Positions 47,174 through 55,182 of a stretch of DNA of 64,000 nt are shown in pieces. The notes under the pieces are model-generated. The model made no database searches and was not told where the DNA came from. It was given only the letters and a program-made list of their open reading frames with translations. The number at the start of each line of letters is the position of its first letter. Position 1 is the stretch's first letter. Both the position numbers and the translations under genes were made by a program. Origin of the DNA: Bacteroidia bacterium (GTDB lineage: Bacteria > Bacteroidota > Bacteroidia > UKL13-3); assembly GCA_040403075.1 (NCBI GenBank), contig JBBALJ010000001.1, positions 18,731 to 82,730 of the forward strand. The letters run 5' to 3'.

Positions 47174-48171
47174 TAGTAGTTAATTTGATAGTTTCCGTAT
47201 TTATTTTTATTTTTTAAAGAGTCACTATAAACACCTATTTTAAAAGCATTTATTAACTCTTCAATTCCATTTTTCACAGTGTATTTAGGCACAAATCCTA
47301 AAGTTTCTTTCACCTTTTTAAAGGAAACTTTATAATTTCTAGGATCAGTTCCATTTGCACCATATTTGATTTTTGCATCAGGAATGTATGAGGCAATAGT
47401 ATCTACAATCATTTTTTTTGTAAAGTTATTGACCTCACCTCCAGCGTTAAATACTTCAAAATTAACTTTTTCACTGTCTGCATCAATAACTAATTCAATA
47501 AGTCTTGCAAAATCTCTTACATGACAATAAGGTCTCCAAGTATGTTCATCAAAAACTACTAATTCTTCACCAAAATATAAATCACGAACGAATTCGCTCA
47601 CGCTTAAATCAAATCTCATTCTTGGCGATAAACCAAATGCGGTTGCAAATCTTAACACTGTTCCTGTATAAGAAACTTTCCCTTTTTTAGACATTAAGTG
47701 CAATTCCGCTGCAACTTTTGCCTTTGCATATAATGAGAGGGGGTTAAGCTCAAAATTTTCATCAGCAAGTTCATTTTCTTTTATCAAACCATAATTTGAA
47801 CATGTTGATATTAAGATTAATTTATTTAATTTTTTATCATCAAAAAAGTCAATACAATTTTGAACTCCTATATCGTTAATTGCATTTGATGCTTCTGGGT
47901 AACTTTTTGTAATAGGGTCACCAACTAAACCACCCAAAATTACTACATTTTCAATCCCTTCTGCTGCTCTTGCAAGTGTGTTAGTATCACCTAGGTCACC
48001 AGAAACAAATTCATAATTTTCATCACCTAAATAGGCTTGAATTGCTTCCTGATTATCATAAACAAAATTATCTAGAGCCCTTACCTTGAAACCCAATTTT
48101 AAAAAGTGAGAGGTAATAACGGTGCCTACATATCCAGCACCTCCAATTAATAATACATTCTTTGTTTTCAT
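47173..48171 (-). CDS. legB: NAD-dependent NDP-HexNAc 4,6-dehydratase (LegB-like SDR)
   Basis: 332 aa. LLIGGAGYVGTV Rossmann and YAKAKVAAE (YxxxK). First gene of the Leg-type block. Confidence 0.75.
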   Translation of the reverse strand: MKTKNVLLIGGAGYVGTVITSHFLKLGFKVRALDNFVYDNQEAIQAYLGDENYEFVSGDLGDTNTLARAAEGIENVVILGGLVGDPITKSYPEASNAINDIGVQNCIDFFDDKKLNKLILISTCSNYGLIKENELADENFELNPLSLYAKAKVAAELHLMSKKGKVSYTGTVLRFATAFGLSPRMRFDLSVSEFVRDLYFGEELVVFDEHTWRPYCHVRDFARLIELVIDADSEKVNFEVFNAGGEVNNFTKKMIVDTIASYIPDAKIKYGANGTDPRNYKVSFKKVKETLGFVPKYTVKNGIEELINAFKIGVYSDSLKNKNKYGNYQINY

Positions 48172-48179
48172 TTTTTTAT

Positions 48180-49367
48180 TTAAATATAATTTTCAATAAT
48201 ATAATCTGCAATAGATAAAGAAGCAGTGGCGCCAGGTGATGGGGCATTTAATACATGGATTTGATTTTGATGTTTATAAATTTTAAAGTCCATAATTAAA
48301 TTACCACTGTTATCCATAGCCTGAGCTCTAACACCTGCAGTTCCTGATTTTAGCATATAATCTTCAACATCAGGAATTAACTTTTTGGCTTTTTTTACAA
48401 ATGAACTTTTAAATATTGAACTGGCAAATTCGTTAACTGCAAATCCGAAATTTTTGTATAAAAATTTATAAAAACCTTTGTAAGTAAAGGTGTCAATACT
48501 ATCTGCTAATGATATTTGTGTATTTTTATAACCTTCCCTTTTTAAAGCTAAAACGGCATTGGGTCCTACTTCTCTTCCTCCATTAATCATTCTAGTAAAA
48601 TGAACTCCTAAAAATGGATATTGTGGATCGGGAACAGGATATATAAGATGATTAACTAGTGTTTTATATTCATGTTTTATTTCCATATATTCACCTCTAA
48701 AAGGTATTATACGTAAAGGTCTTATATTTTTTGTTAGCTTTCTATAGGTTAAGTCTGAGTGAAGCCCTGTACAATTAATTATTAAATCAAATTTCGCACT
48801 AAAAGATTTAGTTTCAACTATTATTCCATCGTTTTTCTCCGAAATTTTTAGTATTTCGTCATTAAAATGAAAGTTACCGTCATTACCTTTTATTAAGTCT
48901 GCCATTTTATTCATGACCATATGATAATCAACAATTCCTTCCTCTGGAACTAGTAATGATTTTTCAGCTCTAACATTTGGTTCTCTTTCATTTAATTGTT
49001 GTTTGGTTAAAATTTTTAGTCCTTTTAAACCATTTAATTCTCCTCTTTTCGCAAGAGAATCTAACAAAGTTATTTCTCTTGTATTGCTAGCTACTACTAT
49101 TTTACCACAAACATCATGTTCAATTTTATTGTCTTGGCAAAAGGAAATCATTTGCCTTATCCCATCAACAGCTAATTTAGCTTTCAACGAGCCAGGTTCA
49201 TAGTATAATCCACAATGTAATACACCACTATTATTACCAGATTGATGTTTTCCTAATTTATCCTCTTTTTCAATTAATGTAATTTCATTATTTTTAATTT
49301 TTGATAATTTATAACCTACAGCAAGGCCTAAAATTCCTCCTCCAACAACTAGTATTTTTTTACTCAT
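48180..49367 (-). CDS. lhgO: L-2-hydroxyglutarate oxidase-family FAD oxidoreductase
   Basis: 395 aa. VVGGGILGLAVG, HQSGNNSGVLHCGLYYEPGSLKA, PFRGEY, NHLIYPVPDPQYPFLGVHFTRMINGGREVGPNAVLALKREGY, GVRAQA and NAPSPGATAS track E. coli LhgO closely, from memory. Confidence 0.85.
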   Translation of the reverse strand: MSKKILVVGGGILGLAVGYKLSKIKNNEITLIEKEDKLGKHQSGNNSGVLHCGLYYEPGSLKAKLAVDGIRQMISFCQDNKIEHDVCGKIVVASNTREITLLDSLAKRGELNGLKGLKILTKQQLNEREPNVRAEKSLLVPEEGIVDYHMVMNKMADLIKGNDGNFHFNDEILKISEKNDGIIVETKSFSAKFDLIINCTGLHSDLTYRKLTKNIRPLRIIPFRGEYMEIKHEYKTLVNHLIYPVPDPQYPFLGVHFTRMINGGREVGPNAVLALKREGYKNTQISLADSIDTFTYKGFYKFLYKNFGFAVNEFASSIFKSSFVKKAKKLIPDVEDYMLKSGTAGVRAQAMDNSGNLIMDFKIYKHQNQIHVLNAPSPGATASLSIADYIIENYI

Positions 49368-49375
49368 TTGTTATT

Positions 49376-49819
49376 TTAATTATAGGTTTTATTAGTATTA
49401 AATATATTTACATTAATCATTCTCATTAATGTAAAAGGATCTTTTTCTGAACGAACATGTTTTAATGCCGATAAATTTAGAACATAGTCATATCTTCCGT
49501 CTGACTCAATAAATGCGTCATACTCGTTTGATCCAATATCTAACGCAAAAGTCTGAAAATCACCTTCAATGTAACCATATGTGCTTCTAATATCTCTTAC
49601 CAATTCAACCATGTTATTTTCAGAGATATCAACAACATGGAGCTTTTTGGGATTGCGTTTGAAAATTTCTTTTGTAACTGCTTGCCCAATAGATCCAGCT
49701 CCACCTATTACCAAAAACGAAGATGTATTAACAACTTCTTGAAGTTTTATTTCATTTAACTTAATATCTTCAGTAAATAAGAAATTATTCCTTCCAATTA
49801 AATTTAATGTATCCATCAT
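49376..49819 (-). pseudogene. Truncated CapD/Polysacc_synt_2-like dehydratase (N-terminal Rossmann part only)
   Basis: 147 aa. LVIGGAGSIGQAVTKEIFKRNPKKLHVVDISENN and LSALKHVRSEKDP align with the first part of the catalytic domain of 8081..10057. The ORF stops before the catalytic S/T...YxxxK region, and the next gene starts 9 nt later. Confidence 0.5.
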
Positions 49820-49827
49820 ATATTAAA

Positions 49828-50967
49828 TTACTCAAAAAAATTGTACGTTTTATATCCTTCATCACGAAGGAATTTATCTTTTTGCATAAGTCTAAAATCA
49901 CTTTTCACCATGTCTTCAACCAAAGATTTTAGGTCATACTTGGGTTTCCAACCTAGTTGTGACATCGATTTTGTAGGGTCACCTACCAATAAATCTACCT
50001 CGGTTGGTCTGTAATATCTTGGGTCAACTGCAATAATATCGTCACCTATTTTTAGTTTACAAACTTCAGATAGTTTCAATTGATCCATTTTATTTTTATC
50101 AAAACCAATTATATATCCAATTTCATTTTCATCACTGCCTTTGAAATCTAGCATGACTCCCAATTCATTAAATGCCATGCGTACAAATTCTCTAACATGT
50201 GTAGTAATGCCTGTTGCAATAACAAAATCTTCCGCTTTTTCTTGCTGCAAAATCAACCACATTGCTTCAACATAATCTTTTGCATGTCCCCAATCTCTTT
50301 GGGCATTTAGATTACCTAGGAATACTTTGTCTTGCAGACCTAATGCTATTTTAGCAGCAGCTCTTGTAATTTTTCTAGTAACAAATGTTTCTCCTCTAAT
50401 TGGACTTTCGTGATTAAAGAGGATTCCATTTGAAGCAAACATATTATAGGCTTCTCTATAGTTTACTGTAATCCAATATGCATATAATTTAGCCACTGCA
50501 TATGGAGATCTAGGGTAAAAAGGTGTGGTTTCAGATTGAGGTACAGCTTGAACCAAACCATAAAGCTCAGAAGTGGAAGCTTGGTAAATCTTGGTTTTAT
50601 GAGTCAACCCACATATTCTTATGGCTTCTAATATTCTTAGTGTGCCAATACCGTCTGCATTGGCTGTATATTCAGGCATCTCGAAACTTACATGCACATG
50701 ACTCATGGCAGCTAAATTGTAAATTTCATCTGGCTGCGTTTCTTGTATAATTCTAATGAGATTACTACTATCCGTTAAATCACCATAGTGTAGTTTAAGG
50801 TTCACATTTTTCTCATGTGGATCTTGGTAAAGATGGTCAATTCTATCCGTATTAAACGAAGAACTTCTTCTTTTTAATCCATGCACCATGTAGCCTTTTT
50901 TCAATAAAAACTCAGCTAAATAGGCTCCATCTTGACCTGTAATACCAGTGATTAAAGCTACTTTCAT
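49828..50967 (-). CDS. gmd: GDP-mannose 4,6-dehydratase
   Basis: 379 aa. [56 protein letters not shown] and [17 protein letters not shown]. Confidence 0.95.
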   Translation of the reverse strand: MKVALITGITGQDGAYLAEFLLKKGYMVHGLKRRSSSFNTDRIDHLYQDPHEKNVNLKLHYGDLTDSSNLIRIIQETQPDEIYNLAAMSHVHVSFEMPEYTANADGIGTLRILEAIRICGLTHKTKIYQASTSELYGLVQAVPQSETTPFYPRSPYAVAKLYAYWITVNYREAYNMFASNGILFNHESPIRGETFVTRKITRAAAKIALGLQDKVFLGNLNAQRDWGHAKDYVEAMWLILQQEKAEDFVIATGITTHVREFVRMAFNELGVMLDFKGSDENEIGYIIGFDKNKMDQLKLSEVCKLKIGDDIIAVDPRYYRPTEVDLLVGDPTKSMSQLGWKPKYDLKSLVEDMVKSDFRLMQKDKFLRDEGYKTYNFFE

Positions 50968-51022
50968 TTTCTACTATTTGTCACCTTCAATTTGTGGAAG
51001 GGATTTATTTTTTATTTTGTTT

Positions 51023-51050
51023 GTCACCCTGAGCCTGTCGAATGGGTGAA
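51023..51050 (+). repeat. Hairpin-forming intergenic repeat, forward copy (left arm flanking the GIY-YIG gene)
   Basis: GTCACCCTGAGCCTGTCGAATGGGTGAA with internal stem CACCC/GGGTG. It is the inverted partner of 51386..51413 (1 mismatch in 28 nt). A degenerate copy is also visible at about 50979-51003. Confidence 0.8.
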
Positions 51051-51060
51051 CCAGTTAAAA

Positions 51061-51348
51061 TTAATTCTTACTTTTAGACAAGTTTTTCAATTTAACTATA
51101 TCATTATTTACAAGAGCTTCTTTTTTTACTCTCGACCATTTTTTCAATTGTTTCTCTCTTTCAATAGCTTGTTTAACATCAATAAACTCTTCAAAATAAA
51201 CTAAATTTAATGGTCTCTTTTTAAATGTATATGATCCTGAATAAAAACCATTTTGATGCTGTAATACCCTTTCCTCAAGATTATTAGTAACACCAATGTA
51301 ATACGAATTATCAGAACATAATAAGATATAAATATAATAAGTATTCAT
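51061..51348 (-). CDS. GIY-YIG nuclease-family protein (UPF0213-like, about 95 aa)
   Basis: YYIYILLCSDNSYYIGVTNNLEERVLQHQNG...KQAIEREKQLKKWSR. GIY/YIG, R, and E...K-W elements are in canonical order. Confidence 0.85.
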   Translation of the reverse strand: MNTYYIYILLCSDNSYYIGVTNNLEERVLQHQNGFYSGSYTFKKRPLNLVYFEEFIDVKQAIEREKQLKKWSRVKKEALVNNDIVKLKNLSKSKN

Positions 51349-51385
51349 TTCAGAATGACCTTGTCAAACCAAACGTTCATGCACA

Positions 51386-51413
51386 TTCACCCATTCGGCA
51401 GGCTCAGGGTGAC
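51386..51413 (-). repeat. Hairpin-forming intergenic repeat, reverse copy (right arm flanking the GIY-YIG gene)
   Basis: TTCACCCATTCGGCAGGCTCAGGGTGAC is the reverse complement of the 51023 copy except for one base. It is preceded by a degenerate forward half-copy at about 51351-51371 (TGACCTTGTCAAAC). Confidence 0.8.
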
Positions 51414-51471
51414 AACAATATTGTTTCATAATTAGCAACTGTATTTACTGTAATAGTGAGACTTTCTAATT

Positions 51472-51565
51472 GTCATGGTGAGCCTTTCATCATTGTCATG
51501 ATGAGCTTGTCGAATCCATATCCAGTTAATCTTTAGTTCACCCATTCGGCAGGCTCAGGATGACA
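51472..51565. repeat. Further copies of the same repeat: two forward copies and one reverse copy
   Basis: The copies are GTCATGGTGAGCCTTTCATC (51472-), GTCATGATGAGCTTGTCGAATCCATA (51495-51520) and TTCACCCATTCGGCAGGCTCAGGATGAC (51538-51565, reverse orientation). The forward copies at 51023 and 51495 are both followed by CCAGTTAA. Confidence 0.75.
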
Positions 51566-51570
51566 AGGCT

Positions 51571-52524
51571 TTAAATCTTCACCTCTTTTACCTTATCTAC
51601 ATTTTCAAGAAACCAACTATAGGTTTGTTCAATCCCATCAGCTAATTCAATCTCATGCCTCCAACCTAGATTATGAAGTTTTGAAATATCCATTAATTTT
51701 CGTGGAGTGCCATCAGGTTTAGATGAATCCCAAAGAATATTACCATTATGACCCACTACTTTTTGAATGGTCTCAGCTAGATGTTTAATAGTCAAATCAA
51801 GGCCAGTTCCCACATTATATAAATGCTCTGGGAGAACATTTTCTAGCGCGTGAACCACTGCTGTAGCCAAATCATCTACATGCAAAAATTCGCGCATAGG
51901 AGAACCACTGCCCCATAGAAGTACATCCTGATTATTATTTAATTTAGCCTCATGAAATTTTCTAATCATGGCAGGTAGTACATGAGAAGTTTCTAAATCA
52001 AAATTATCAAACGGGCCATAAAGATTGGTTGGCATTAAACTAACAAAATCTTTATTGTATTGTGCTCTTATAGCTTCACAAGCTTTCACACCAGCTATTT
52101 TAGCGATGGCATACCATTCATTTGTAGGCTCTAAACTTGCTGTTAATAAATACTCTTCACGGAGCGGTTGTTCGGCAAATTTTGGGTAAATACATGAACT
52201 GCCAAGGAAAATAAACTTCTTCACATCATTTTCATGCGAAGCACTAATTAAGCTGTTTTGAATCTGTAAATTATCCATCAAGAATTGGTATGGATAGTTT
52301 TTATTTGCCATAATACCTCCTACCCTAGCTGCAGCATCAATAACAATATCAAAATTATTTTGCTTAAAATAAGAATACACTGACTCTTGGTATCTCAAAT
52401 CCAGTTCTTTACTGGTCTTAAAAAACAAATTATTGTATTCTTTAGATTTTAGCGCTCGACAGATGGCTGATCCAACCATTCCTTTGTGTCCAGCAATAAA
52501 TATTTTGGAATTTTTATCTATCAA
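51571..52524 (-). CDS. fcl: GDP-L-fucose synthase (GDP-4-keto-6-deoxymannose 3,5-epimerase/4-reductase)
   Basis: 317 aa. IFIAGHKGMVGSAI, AAARVGGIMAN, FLGSSCIYPK, YAIAKIAG and NLYGPFDNF. Confidence 0.95.
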   Translation of the reverse strand: MIDKNSKIFIAGHKGMVGSAICRALKSKEYNNLFFKTSKELDLRYQESVYSYFKQNNFDIVIDAAARVGGIMANKNYPYQFLMDNLQIQNSLISASHENDVKKFIFLGSSCIYPKFAEQPLREEYLLTASLEPTNEWYAIAKIAGVKACEAIRAQYNKDFVSLMPTNLYGPFDNFDLETSHVLPAMIRKFHEAKLNNNQDVLLWGSGSPMREFLHVDDLATAVVHALENVLPEHLYNVGTGLDLTIKHLAETIQKVVGHNGNILWDSSKPDGTPRKLMDISKLHNLGWRHEIELADGIEQTYSWFLENVDKVKEVKI

Positions 52525-52527
52525 AAA

Positions 52528-53547
52528 TTATTTAGATTTATACCAATCGAAAACAATTTCGAGGCCTTTGTTAAATCTGTATTGAGGGGTATAGCCCAAT
52601 AAATTGCTTATTTTTTCTATGCTTGCTTTTGAATGCTTAACATCTCCTTTTCTTTCGGGTCCATATATTGGCTTCAAATTATTGCCACTTAGTTTGCATA
52701 AAATTTCTATCATTTCATTCAAACTGACTTGATCACCACAAGCCATATTCATTACTTCATGCTTATTTAAATCATCCAACAACATGGCTCTAATATTAGC
52801 CTGTACCGCATTCTCAACAAATGTAAAGTCTCTACTTGTTAGCCCATCACCATTTATGGTAGGAGCTGTATTTTCAATAAATGCCTTACAAAATATGGGT
52901 ATCACAGCCGCATACGGATTATTAGGGTTTTGTTTAGGACCAAACACATTGAAATACCTTAGTCCTATTGTATGGGCGCCATAAACCTTACTAAAAACAT
53001 CTGCATAAACCTCATTTACCAATTTCGTTACAGCATAAGGTGATAATGGATTTCCTTCATTTCCCTCCACTTTTGGTAAGTCAGGGCTATCACCATACGT
53101 AGAAGATGACGCAGCATAAACCATTCTTTTTACGGAAGGATTATCCTTAACTACACAAAGCATATTAAGAAATCCACCTACATTCACACTATTTGAGGTA
53201 ATCGGATCGGCTATTGAGCGAGGAACGGAGCCTAAAGCTGCTTGATGACTAACGAAGTCAATTCCAGCCACGGCTTTAGAACAAGTATCAAAATCACGAA
53301 TATCTCCTAATACAAACTCAAAGTTGGGTAAACCCATGAAATCCTTAATATTTTCAAAATACCCATTAGATAAATTGTCTAGGACTCTTACATGTCCAGC
53401 ATTATACTTTAGTAAATACTCAACAATGTTACTTCCTATAAATCCTGCCCCACCTGTCACCAAAAATTTATAGTTTGATAAATCTTTTTTATGGTAAGGT
53501 ATATTATATAAATTTAGATTAAACATTTTTACGTTTGAAGGTTGCAT
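52528..53547 (-). CDS. SDR UDP-HexNAc(A) 4-epimerase, WbpP/TviC-like
   Basis: 339 aa. FLVTGGAGFIGSN, YAASSSTYG, YAVTKLVNE and RYFNVFGP. Paired with the upstream sugar dehydrogenase, as in Vi/WbpOP systems. Confidence 0.8.
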   Translation of the reverse strand: MQPSNVKMFNLNLYNIPYHKKDLSNYKFLVTGGAGFIGSNIVEYLLKYNAGHVRVLDNLSNGYFENIKDFMGLPNFEFVLGDIRDFDTCSKAVAGIDFVSHQAALGSVPRSIADPITSNSVNVGGFLNMLCVVKDNPSVKRMVYAASSSTYGDSPDLPKVEGNEGNPLSPYAVTKLVNEVYADVFSKVYGAHTIGLRYFNVFGPKQNPNNPYAAVIPIFCKAFIENTAPTINGDGLTSRDFTFVENAVQANIRAMLLDDLNKHEVMNMACGDQVSLNEMIEILCKLSGNNLKPIYGPERKGDVKHSKASIEKISNLLGYTPQYRFNKGLEIVFDWYKSK

Positions 53548-53587
53548 TACTCCAAGAAATTAATTCATTTTGTTATGATAAACCAGT

Positions 53588-53674
53588 GTCATGGTGAGCT
53601 TGTCAAATATGCTCAATTGACATGGTGAGCTTGTCGAATCAACTCCAATGTCATGGTGAGCTTGTCGAATCCAT
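53588..53674 (+). repeat. Three tandem copies of the intergenic repeat with exact 31-bp period
   Basis: Copies start at 53588, 53619 and 53650: GTCATGGTGAGCTTGTCAAAT, GACATGGTGAGCTTGTCGAATC, GTCATGGTGAGCTTGTCGAATCCAT. Each has a roughly 22-nt conserved core followed by about 9 variable nt. Confidence 0.8.
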
Positions 53675-53753
53675 AAATGTTATCCTAAATTGAACCCTAT
53701 AGCAAACACGCATTGCGATCTTTAGCAGGTTGATAAGAATGCACTAATACTAA

Positions 53754-55019
53754 TTACAAATTCCCATCAACAATACTTCTATCCAACAACCCTTTTACAT
53801 CAAAAATGACGTGGTTAGTATTTAAGTATTCAAGAACATTGATTGGTTTAAATTCGTTATGAGCAACTGCTAATACAAGAGCATCATACTTTGCATTGCT
53901 AGGGATTTCTTTTACTGTATGTAAATTATATTCATGATGCACTTCTTTAGGCTCTGCCCAAGGGTCAACAACAGTTAGGTTAACATTGTATGTATTAAGT
54001 TCATTAATTATATCAATTACCTTTGTATTTCTAACATCTGGACAGTTTTCCTTAAAAGTAAAACCTAATACCAAAATATTAGCATTCTTTACTTTAATAT
54101 CTTTCTTAATCATTAACTTAATAGTTTCGGTAGCCACATAGGCCCCCATACTATCGTTAAGTCTTCTTCCGGCTAAAATAATTTCAGGATGGTAGCCAAC
54201 CTCTTGGGCTTTTTGAGCCAAATAGTATGGATCAACTCCAATACAATGACCGCCAACCAAACCTGGTTTGAATTTCAAAAAATTCCATTTTGTACCAGCT
54301 GCTTCCAAAACATCATGGGTATTGATACCCATCAAATTGAAGATTTTAGCCAATTCGTTCACAAAAGCTATGTTAATGTCGCGTTGAGAATTCTCGATAA
54401 CTTTAGCAGCCTCTGCAACCTTAATTGATGAAGCTTTGTGTGTGCCTGCAACAATTATACTTCTATATAATGAATCAACCTTATCAGCTACTTCAGGAGT
54501 AGAGCCAGATGTGACTTTAAGAATTTTTGTAACCGTATGTTCCTTATCCCCTGGATTAATTCTTTCAGGAGAGTATCCGCAATAAAAATCTACGTTGAAT
54601 TTTAAACCGGAAACTCTTTCCAAAACAGGTACACACTCATCTTCTGTAACTCCCGGATAAACAGTAGATTCGTAAATTACTATGTCGCCCTTCTTAAGCA
54701 CCTTTCCCACCGTTTCACTAGCCTTGTATAAAGGAGTTAAATCTGGTCGGTTATTTTTATCTGTAGGCGTGGGCACAGTAACAATGAAATAATTACATTG
54801 TTCAATTTCTTCAATTTTTGAAGTATAGGTAATTAACGAAGATAACTTCATGTTTTCATCACTTACTTCCAAGGTTCTATCGTGCCCCGATTTTAACTCT
54901 TCAATTCTACTTTGGTTGATATCAAAACCTACTGTCTTGATTTTTTTTCCAAACTCAACAGCAAGGGGTAGACCAACATAACCTAAACCTATTACGGCAA
55001 TGTACTGATTTGTGTTCAT
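53754..55019 (-). CDS. UDP-HexNAc 6-dehydrogenase (WbpO/TviB/WbpA-type nucleotide-sugar dehydrogenase)
   Basis: [40 protein letters not shown] and [14 protein letters not shown]. The track ORF extends to 55088, but the ATG at 55017-55019 ([16 protein letters not shown]) gives the usual N-terminus. Confidence 0.9.
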   Translation of the reverse strand: MNTNQYIAVIGLGYVGLPLAVEFGKKIKTVGFDINQSRIEELKSGHDRTLEVSDENMKLSSLITYTSKIEEIEQCNYFIVTVPTPTDKNNRPDLTPLYKASETVGKVLKKGDIVIYESTVYPGVTEDECVPVLERVSGLKFNVDFYCGYSPERINPGDKEHTVTKILKVTSGSTPEVADKVDSLYRSIIVAGTHKASSIKVAEAAKVIENSQRDINIAFVNELAKIFNLMGINTHDVLEAAGTKWNFLKFKPGLVGGHCIGVDPYYLAQKAQEVGYHPEIILAGRRLNDSMGAYVATETIKLMIKKDIKVKNANILVLGFTFKENCPDVRNTKVIDIINELNTYNVNLTVVDPWAEPKEVHHEYNLHTVKEIPSNAKYDALVLAVAHNEFKPINVLEYLNTNHVIFDVKGLLDRSIVDGNL

Positions 55020-55182
55020 ATTTTGAATAAATTTATAGGGTGTAGAATCACTAATAATTGATGTAACATGCTGATTATCATCCAACATTGATATATAGCT
55101 TCGCTAGGTGAGTCCCATTGGGCCAAAAATCTATAAATATTTTATATAAAAAAACTTAGCGAAAAATCACTTGGATGGTAAT

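Noticed and set aside
53588-53674. Possible mini-CRISPR array (regular 31-bp period)
   Set aside because: There are only three units and the variable parts are about 9 nt, far too short for spacers. The repeat belongs to a dispersed family also present at 51023-51565, and no cas genes are present.
53754-55088. N-terminal 23-aa extension of the sugar dehydrogenase, and likewise the 14-aa extension of the ATP-grasp ORF to 20022
   Set aside because: The Rossmann GxGxxG normally lies within about 15 residues of the start. The internal ATGs (55019; 19980) restore typical N-termini, and 19980 also removes the overlap with the upstream gene.
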